33,411 nucleotides of DNA from NCBI GenBank assembly GCA_904063045.1, contig CAJFCJ010000150.1:1-33411 (forward strand). The letters are read 5' to 3'. This document shows positions 1 through 9,200 of this stretch, one piece after another. The position numbers and the translations under genes were made by a program. The notes under the pieces are model-generated. The model was not told the DNA's origin, searched no databases, and saw nothing but the letters and a program-made list of their open reading frames with translations. Positions within the stretch are counted from its first letter, which is position 1. The number at the start of each line of letters is the position of its first letter. Source of the DNA: Dimorphilus gyrociliatus (Eukaryota > Animalia > Annelida).

Positions 1-559
1 TTTCGGAAACAAAATGGGGGGTGGTAGTAGAACCATTAAAATAATAGAGATGCCATCAGTAAAATAAAAAATAGTAAAGTAAGACCAATAGAGCAGATAT
101 GGGTGATATTTAGTTTCTGTAGATCTACAAAAAAGTGTTTCTTTAAACCTGTCACAAAAATAGGTGAAGGAACAGTATCTAAAACAATCATAAAAAATGT
201 AAAAGAGTATTCCGCTATCATAACTGATGAGTGAAAAGATATAATGTAGTAAAATTACTTGAATAAGATTATTTTACTATTAAACACAAAGATATATTTG
301 TAGACCCAGAAAGAGAAAAACATACTCAAAACATAGAAAATCAATGAAAATGACACAATTGCTATTTAAAAACTTGAGGTAGTAATATAAAGGCAAACAT
401 AAAATCATATATCAACTATTATTTATTTCAAAAAGGAAAAATCTTTTTTTAAAGAATTTTAAATCGGAAGAAAATCAATAAAAAACTATTTTAAATCTTA
501 AAACATTTTTATTTTATTTTAAGAAGCAAATATAGTTGTCCCTGAATCCTCTCTTTACC
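1..559 (+). mobile_element. Decayed Merlin (IS1595/ISXO2-like DDE) DNA transposon, right portion; left end outside window
   Basis: Manual translation across frameshifts and stops gives KMGGG...SKIKNSKVRPIEQIWV..CRSTKKCFFKPV..IITDE*K..HKDIFVDPEREKHTQNIENQ*K. This matches the ISXO2/Merlin pattern (QWVFG, KKCFLVPV, IISDxW, FVDPETGAHTQNIESxW). Confidence 0.8.
533..559 (-). repeat. Putative Merlin terminal inverted repeat (right end)
   Basis: Reverse complement reads GGTAAAGAGAGGATTCAGGGACAACTA, about 100 bp past the end of the transposase remnant. It has a GG terminus as in Merlin TIRs, and a near copy recurs at 32436-32458. The partner TIR is not in the window. Confidence 0.55.
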
Positions 560-2559
560 AGTTTCTTTTTATATTTACGATTAACAAAACTGTTATTCCT
601 GTTTTAATTTTCGGCCACAAGCTCTATTGTTCGAATGTTTGATAAAAAATCTCATTAGATTGTTAATGAATACTTTTCCTGGACAATACAATTGTTTTAT
701 TGATTTAACGTCTGATTTGTTGGCCTTTGATATTGTTTGATAAATAATAACATTTTTAAACTTGTTTTAATCTATAAATATCTGTACAAAATAGTGTATT
801 ATATTAACAGTGTTTTTTATATCATTTTTTGATCTAATAAATATACCTTTTCTTAGTTTTTTAATTTTGTCTACAAGATGTGAATAATTCTTCATATCTA
901 GTTTTTTCTTGGTATTTTCGTTACTCCATGATGTTTCTTTATGCTATAATATAAAGTGTAAACACTATTAACTGTTTTATTTCAAGAAATGGTAATATTA
1001 GCCTTGCTGGCTATTTTTTTATATATCCATTTTAAATTTTCTATAGCTTTTCGAATAGCCTTGTTCTTCTATCAATTGTTAATTATTTTTCAGAGCTTTT
1101 TATGAGTGCATTAAAATTTTTATTAAAGAACGAAACTTCGATTTAGTAAACAAAAAATTCTAAACAGGTACAAAAATTCTTAAAACGGAGACAAACATAA
1201 AATATGTCGAAAAGTGACTAAATTCATCAAAAAACACTGGAATACATCTAAACACCCCCTATTTAGTATATTTGACCACTTTATAGATATTTTACAATAT
1301 TTTTTAGTTTTACAGAAAGGTGTGTTCCAAAACCGAGATTGTGATGACTTTGTACTCCATTGTAGTTTATTACGTACAATAAGTCATATAAAGTTATATT
1401 TTTTTACTAAATCTTAATATTAAGTTTTATTTTTTTATTATCAAATTCAAAGAAACTTCTAATTGATATTATTATGTTAAAAATAACAGTGGAATCTGAT
1501 ATTACTTTAATCACTAAGTTGAACTAGTAAGTTGATGGGGGGTAAAACTTTAATAATCCTGCATTATACGATGAATTTTCATGTTATTCAATGTTAACAA
1601 AATCGCCTGATTTTAATTTTTACTCTTTAGATTTGAATGCTATTTAAATATTCTTGCAAAATTAAAAGACTTGTTATTGAAGATTTTGAGTTATAATAAT
1701 AATAATTTAAGTCTAATATCTTCAAGTTTTTTATTAAATGGATATGGAAGTGTAACTTCTCTATAAGAGAAAGTTTTTTCATCATTCATATTTAAATGGA
1801 ATCAAAATACTATTCTTACTTTAAATGTTTTTCATTTGTCTATATTAATTTATAGAGATTTTCTATCCAGAATTATCCTCTTTCATCACAATTGTATACC
1901 TGAGTGTGAATACCTACAGATTTCTTTTTTAAGTTCAATTTAGATTGAATATTTGCTAACCTTTATTCCTAAACAGGCTTTTTGTTGCAAATGTATAATA
2001 GTTAGTTTATTTATGTGTTTATCAAAAGTAATAAATCTGATGTGCCCAATTTTTTAAACATTTTATGAGATCGATATAAAAAATTGGAAAATTCCAACCT
2101 CTTATATTATGTTTCTATTGATGAAATATAAGTCAAATTATGATATACTTCTTTCTTATAGATGTCTTTTTCTTGTGTTTTACGATGGCAATATCAGGCA
2201 GTGTTTCTTTTTTTTTCATTAGTTTGTTATGAAAACATTTTATATATTTCTTTACATCAAAGAAATTTTCTTTTATACTTAAAGAAGTATCACTTTTACT
2301 ATTAAACATGGTTAACATAGACAAAAAAACAAGTCTTCAAAATACGAAAATACTCTTTTAAATTTATTTAAAACCACAAAAAACATGTTTAATAATTTTC
2401 AAGAAAGACTTTTTTGTTTGTTTTATTTAAGTACTGTTCAGTTTAAAGAGTTTGATTGTATATTTTATTAACTTATTGATTTGTATTAATTAATATATTT
2501 TCATTTTAAACTTCTATATAAAGAATAAGTGGTAAAAAACAAAATAAAAAAAACTATAA

Positions 2560-2830
2560 AAATACTAAATATCGATAATATATTGAATTTAATACTTTTA
2601 TATAAATTTTTAATTATTTATTTAGTAATTTTATATTTTAATTGTATATTATTAGTATTTAATTTATATAATTTTATATTTATTTAGTATTTTAATATAT
2701 ATTTTAAATTTATATTTTTTAGTATTTTAAATTTTAATATATTAAATTTAATATTTTAATATCAATTTTTAATTATTATTTTTTAATTTTAAAAAATGAT
2801 TTAAAATTCTTTTTTTAAAAAATTTGTTTT
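2560..2830. repeat. Extremely AT-rich low-complexity tract with degenerate ~30-35 bp periodicity
   Basis: Almost no G/C. A TAGTA-centred unit (ttTAGTAttttaa-like) recurs at 2623, 2653, 2685 and 2720. Confidence 0.6.
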
Positions 2831-3010
2831 TTATTGTTTTTGTTTTTACATCACAAATTAAATTTCCTGTTTTGTATTTAACTGAAAACTTTATTTAATA
2901 AAGGAATAACAATAGTACAAATTACACATAAAATTGATCACTTTTTATAACAATTAATTTCAACCAATTATGATTAATTAAAATTAAATAGAAAGAATTT
3001 TTTAGACCTA

Positions 3011-3283
3011 ATGGGAACATTTTCAGACAAAGATAATTTGAGAAGAGAAGGAACTTTAAAGTACTACGATTTTAAAAGAGGTTTTGGGTTTATAATACCA
3101 GGAGATAACGAAGTATCTACAGACATATTCTTTCACATTTCAGCTCTACAGAGAACTAAATATAAAATTCCTTTATTTCATTCTGGACAAAAAGTTACTT
3201 ATGACTTGTATGAAGGTAAAAAAGGCTTTTATGGAACTAATGTAAAACTGACTCATGAATTTGATAAAAGTGATTTAATCTAG
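3011..3283 (+). CDS. Stand-alone cold-shock domain protein (90 aa, intronless)
   Basis: RNP1 KRGFGFI and RNP2 DIFFHISAL, followed by GQKVTYDL..GKKG..NV. ATG to TAG is intact and AATAAA lies at 3318-3323. Confidence 0.88.
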   Translation: MGTFSDKDNLRREGTLKYYDFKRGFGFIIPGDNEVSTDIFFHISALQRTKYKIPLFHSGQKVTYDLYEGKKGFYGTNVKLTHEFDKSDLI

Positions 3284-3400
3284 AATTTAAACAGCTATTG
3301 TTAGAGATAAAAATATAAATAAATATATTTTTAAAAAAACTATAAAATCAGTTTATTTATTTATAAATTCTTATTTTAAAAAATTAAGAATAAATCTTTT

Positions 3401-4355
3401 TGTACTTTGTTGTATTGTAATTGTAGGAAGTCCTAGCTCGTCACTATCAAATTCGTCCACTCCAATCATTTACCAATGTGCCAAAGTACTGGTCCAAATA
3501 GAACCTTTCAAGTTCGTCCACAAGTAGTCTTAATAAATGTAATTCCAGTAAAAATTAACCAACAAACACCAGTATTTCATTCAAAGAATATGTATTTGAG
3601 TAAATGAGTTTCTAGTTCTAAAACAAGCAAGTTTGAACAACCAGCTGATGGTTAGAAAACTGAACTGACTACTGTTAAATTCGTAGGGTTTATATACTTT
3701 TCCAATAGTTCACAGTTCACGGATAAAAATATTCACACAAACAAATGTAACAATTTGGATAAAGGGAAAGTTCAAATATACTTCCATGTTTGTTACTTTT
3801 TCTTTATCTTGGAGAACTTTTGCTCCCTATTTTAGTAGGTCAGAAAGTTGCCTAAGATGTAACAATTATTAATAGAAGTTGGATTGATTCCAAAACACAA
3901 AAATAGGAAAAGGTCAACTTGATGCCGTTTTAATATACAACAAATTATTAATAATAATTGTTTGTGTAAGATAATATGTTTCTGTGTAAAGGACTGGTAG
4001 GATAAAAGTATTAAACTTAATCATTCAATATAGTATTGTGCATACAATACTGTTGAAAAGTGGACAATAATCTAAAAGCTCCAAATATAAATAGAATAGT
4101 GGAAGATATAATTAATATTCATTAAATATGATGTGTATAATAATTAGGGTTAACATCTAAGTTGTAAAATACTTTTACAACTTAGTTTAAATAGTGTATG
4201 TTGTAGTTTTAGGTGTGTAAAGTACTCTATAATACTCTTTCAATATTGCTTTCCATTGATGAATGAAATGTAACAATTTGGGTGTATTGTGTGAGTTTGT
4301 GAGCCTGGTTACGAGCTTATGTGTTTAGTACCTACAAACTGCCTAAATGTGTACA
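3401..4355 (-). repeat. LTR copy A (3' LTR of the inverted element), 955 bp
   Basis: Reverse complement of 12156-13108 with TGTAC...GTACA termini. It differs by two 1-bp insertions and at least two substitutions. Confidence 0.95.
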
Positions 4356-4359
4356 AACA

Positions 4360-4371
4360 TCCCACTCCTTT
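4360..4371 (-). other. Polypurine tract of the inverted copy
   Basis: Reverse complement is AAAGGAGTGGGA, identical to 12140-12151, just inside LTR A. Confidence 0.85.
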
Positions 4372-6036
4372 AAGACCTTGCTTCCACGAAAGGTCTTGGG
4401 CTTGAAACAATCAGTGTGTCACCATCCTTTTTGAATGTTGGATAAGTTTGTAGTGGTATTTCTTCTGGTTCAGCTGTTGGGGCTGTAGGTAACTTTTCTT
4501 TTCTAGCTAAAAGCTTAGCTAGCTTGGTGAAGTGTACTCTTTTCCAGTCTTTCTTCCAAAGAAACCAAATCAGAATCCCAATTCCAATGATTATTGTTAT
4601 TGGAAGAAGTATGTTGATGAGTGTTTTGTAAGGTGTCCTGGCCCATGATGAGAATATATGTTCAGTTTTAGACAAAGCAGCATCAATGCCCAAATCATTA
4701 GCAAAAGTTTATGTGCTCTTTATGTCTTGTTAAAGTGTCTTGAATGTATTCTAAAACTTGTTGAACTTGTTGTTGCTTCTTACCAACATCCTCTTTTATA
4801 CCAAGCTGTATTAACTCAGTAAGTCTAGCAACCTCTAATTTTGGTTCTTCAATTTCATTGCTTATTTTCATTCTGATTGATTGTGCTGCTGCAGTCTGAA
4901 ATCTGCATCCTTTCTTTGTGTAATAGATGAATGTTTTCTTTCCAGAATACATTGCTTGTTGATTGTGTTCAATGTCCAGTGGGTTTTTCTTAATTTTGAA
5001 CAGGTGTTGTGTTTGGTCACAATCTCCATATCTTATATCTTCTTTTGTTATGTGGTAAGCATGATGGAGTATTGGATCAAACTGAGAATAAGAGATCTTT
5101 ATACTTGATGAGAAATTCTTTGGAGCATAATCCATTTTTGGTGATAATTGTTGTATCACACACTACTTGAACTGATTTTAATTCTGTACAAGTATTTAAG
5201 GTTGTTAGATCACCAAGCCATGTACTGTGGCATTCCATGCTTAGATCCAAGTATTGTTGGTAGTTGAGGTGCCAATGGTGTGAGTAATGCTACCATCTTG
5301 TTTCTCATAATGAATTCTTTGCATAGAAGTTGTGATACTTGTTTGAAAACTGTTTGTAAATTTTGGAAATTTTTATCAATGTTATTTAATAAAGCAGATG
5401 TTCGAATAGCATCTGCTATGTCTATTTTGTGAAATTTTGGCATCTGTATGCTTTCTGATACTCTTCTCCTCCATTCATGCTTCTTTGGTGTTCTTTGCAA
5501 AAGTGTAAATTTTCCATTTGCTTGATGTGTTTGAAATTGTTTATCTTTTGGACTTTGGTACCAAGTGTCCAGTCTTGGTAAGGGATTGAAACTAATTTTC
5601 TTCTTGTTGAGTTCAAAATCTTCTGCTTTTGCCATTCTAGCAGGTTCCATTTTGGTTGTTTTCAACATTTTGAGTATGTATTTGTTGTTAATATCCCATA
5701 TATCAGGTGAGATTATTTCTCTGACCATCCAGGTCCTAACCAGTGGTGTTACATGATTTTTGATCAGCATATGATAAGTCTTGTCACCATCTCTATACCA
5801 ATCATTATAGGTTAGTATATTTTGTATTTCTGTATTATTTGCTTTTCTCAAAGTTGATATCTTTCCATCATAATTCTGCAATCTTGCAACTTCTTTGTTT
5901 GAAATGATTTTATATTTGATATCTGCCATCATTCTGTTATCAGCATAATTTGAATTTGTAAGATCAGTTCTTAATAAGTCGTATTCCTTCTGGGGTACTA
6001 AAATTCTTGTTCCAGGACCACCATATCCTTTGATAT
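4370..6036 (-). pseudogene. Inverted duplicate of the 3' part of the env-like region, split by three 1-bp insertions
   Basis: Reverse complement of 10478-12141. ORFs 5210-5932, 4698-5159 and 4370-4693 are consecutive pieces of the + strand protein. There is one G/D codon difference, and the copy ends at the N-gap. Confidence 0.93.
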
Positions 6037-6273
6037 NNNNNNNNNNNNNNNNNNNNNNNNNNNNNNNNNNNNNNNNNNNNNNNNNNNNNNNNNNNNNNNN
6101 NNNNNNNNNNNNNNNNNNNNNNNNNNNNNNNNNNNNNNNNNNNNNNNNNNNNNNNNNNNNNNNNNNNNNNNNNNNNNNNNNNNNNNNNNNNNNNNNNNNN
6201 NNNNNNNNNNNNNNNNNNNNNNNNNNNNNNNNNNNNNNNNNNNNNNNNNNNNNNNNNNNNNNNNNNNNNNNNN
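6037..6273. other. Assembly gap (237 N)
   Basis: Run of N between the two oppositely oriented element copies. Confidence 1.
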
Positions 6274-9200
6274 TCTGAAGTGTCAGATAGTGTGGATTCA
6301 GATATGGATATTACTGAGCCAGATACTGGATATGATACAAGTAATACTTATGCTCAAATGAAACTTTGAGTTCTTCTGAAAATTATGATACAGAGATGAG
6401 TAATGAACCAGAGCATAACTCAGACTCAGATTTGGATATTGTTAATGGTATAAAGTCATCTGAAAAAGAAAATGGCAACATAACAGATTCAGACAATGAC
6501 TCAGTTATTATCATTAACTCATCTGCTGAAGAAACTGAAACTGAATCTGAAGAATTAATTACAAAATGGAAATGAAAACACAATACATAGAATTAAAGGA
6601 TGGAATAACTATCAAAGTTGAAAAAGAACAAATGAAAACTCCAGCAACTCCTGAGATAGAAGAATTACTGCTGGAAAGTGTTGAGTTTGAACATATGTCT
6701 AATCAAAATATACACCACATTAATTCAACTACAGTAGAAATTGACAACTATTTACATGTGTCCAAAAATAATCCTGACAAAATCAGGGAAGAATTGAAAG
6801 AAATCATCAAGAATTATGAAGACATTATTGCTACAAATCAAAATGACATTGGCTCACCAGATGTTCCACCAATGGCAATTGAATTATTGGAAGATGTGAA
6901 ACCTTTTAAACAAAGACCATACAGATTACCACCCAACAAACAACAGGAATGTAGGGAACAACTTAATGGATTATTAGCAAATGGTTTGATTAGAGCAAGC
7001 AAAAGCCAATGGGCTTCACCAATTGTTTTTGTGAAAAAGAAAGAAGGAACATTAAGAATGTGTGTAGATTACAGAAAACTTAACAAGCATTCAAAAAAGA
7101 ATTGTTATCCAATCCCACACCAAGAAGATTTATTTGACAAACTTGGAGGAGGACATAAATACTTTTCCATCTTGGATTTGACAAGTGCATTTCACCACAT
7201 CCCTATCAAGGAAGAAGACAAAGAAAAAACTGCTTTCATAACACCATTTGGTCTATTTGAATTTAATCGAATGCCTTTTGGTTTAGCAAATGCACCCTCA
7301 CACTTCAGCTATATTATGGCAAATTTTGTCATAAATGGATTGGAAATTTCTGTATTAACTATATGGATGATATTATTGTTTTTACCAAAACATTGGAGGA
7401 ACACTACACAAGTCTACAGAAACTGATGGATAGAATCAAAGAAAAGGACTTCAGAATCAAGTTAAGCAAATGTGCATTTCTACAAGAATCAGTACAATTT
7501 CTTGGTCATAGAATTACACAGAATGGTATTGAAACTGATCCAGAAAAGATTCAAAAGATAAAAGATGCTGAATTACCAATGTTTGCAAATACTTTACTAA
7601 GTTTTGTAGCATTTTGTGGTTATTATAGAAGATTTATCAAGGACTTTGCAAAAATTACAAAACCATTGAGAGAATTATTAAAACTACATCAGAAGACTGA
7701 AAGACTAAAATGGACTACAGAAGCAGAGAAAGCGTATCAGACACTAAAGAAATCAATGACAGAACCACCAATACTTCAACTACCTGATTTTAGTAAACCA
7801 TTCTATCTAACAACAGATGCCTCCAATTATGCAGTTGGTGCAGTTTTAGAACAAGAATGGGAAGAAGATGGAAAGAAAATAAGAAAGCCAATTTCTTTTG
7901 CTTCAAAACTCCTAATCAATACACAACTAAGGTATGCAGCTTATCAAAAAGAAGCTTTTGCAGTCTATTGGGCAGTACAAAAATTCTCCCATTACTTGCA
8001 GTATAAGAAATTTTTTCTTTACACTGATCACCAAAATTTGGTACAAACATTTGTACAAAACAAATTAAATTCAAGTACTGTTAAATGGGTTATGGCACTT
8101 ATGGATATGGACTTTGAAATAATTTACATACCTGGAAGAACCAACAGAGCAGACTGGATATCCAGAATTGGAGAAACTGATGAAGTTATTGATTTCCGAA
8201 ATTTACTAAAGGAAAGACTAAATGAAGAAAAACAAAATGGCAATACAATTCCACAATTAGCAGAAAGAAAGGATATGCTTAAATGCTTTTATATTGATAC
8301 AGAAGATTTAGAAGACTTAGCTGATTGTTTGGATGACATTTTAGACAATAATGATGGTTATGATGAAGAAGCAGATGACAAAAAATTACAGGTCATGAAA
8401 TTAAAAAATAAACCTGTTGAGATAAACTTCTACACTGAACAAGTTTTGGATGACACGCTAATGAAAATTGTAGAAAAATTGGAAGGAGCAAATATTGATG
8501 TTGAAATGTTCAAGGAATACAAAAATTTTATTGAACATATGTTTGTCAAAGATGATTTAGTATGGTATCTGAATGGCTGTCAACCATTACTGGTAATTCC
8601 ACTACTGACTTTAACAAACCTACTGAACCAAATACATCAACATCAAATATTTGAACACTATGGTGTAGACATAACAATTCATACTTTGGAACAAGCTTTC
8701 TGGCATCCACAACTTAAGAAAACAATTAAAGACCATATAAAGAATTGCAAATTCTGTGAACAATTAAGAGCACCTGGAAACAAACATCTATTGGTTGAAA
8801 CACCCCATCCAACTCTACCAATGCAAAGAATTGCAATGGACATAATGGGACCACTAACAGGACATGAATCTTACAAATACATACTTGTCATTATAGATCA
8901 CATGTCAAGATTTACAAACCTATTTCCATTAAAAACTCAGACAGCTGAAGAAATATCAAAACACTTGTTTTTTAACTACTTTCCAATATTTGGTATTCCA
9001 GAAGAAATTCTCACAGACCAAGGACGGAATTTTCTGGGGGAAATATTTACAGAGATGGTTACATCAATGGGAATAAGGAAAATAAAAACAACAGCATTCC
9101 ATAGCCAAAGTAATGGAATGGTAGAAAGAAAGAATTTGGAAATTCGCAGAGCACTACATAAACATGTAGTTATGGAACAATTAACAGATTGGACAAGACA

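Noticed and set aside
232-347. TGA at two conserved Trp positions of the Merlin transposase (and one in the old env near 25554) suggesting UGA=Trp
   Set aside because: Intact ORFs use TGG for Trp throughout. TGG>TGA is a single transition, and the same decayed copies also have other nonsense changes (AGA>TGA, TAT>TAG) and frameshifts.
6030-6278. 82-aa ORF in the track
   Set aside because: Almost entirely N; an artefact of the gap.
7343-7351. AAATTTC as a programmed -1 frameshift signal
   Set aside because: The heptamer is not in the X-XXY-YYZ phase of the upstream frame, and it would split the RT palm just before YMDD. A homopolymer error or inactivating deletion is simpler.
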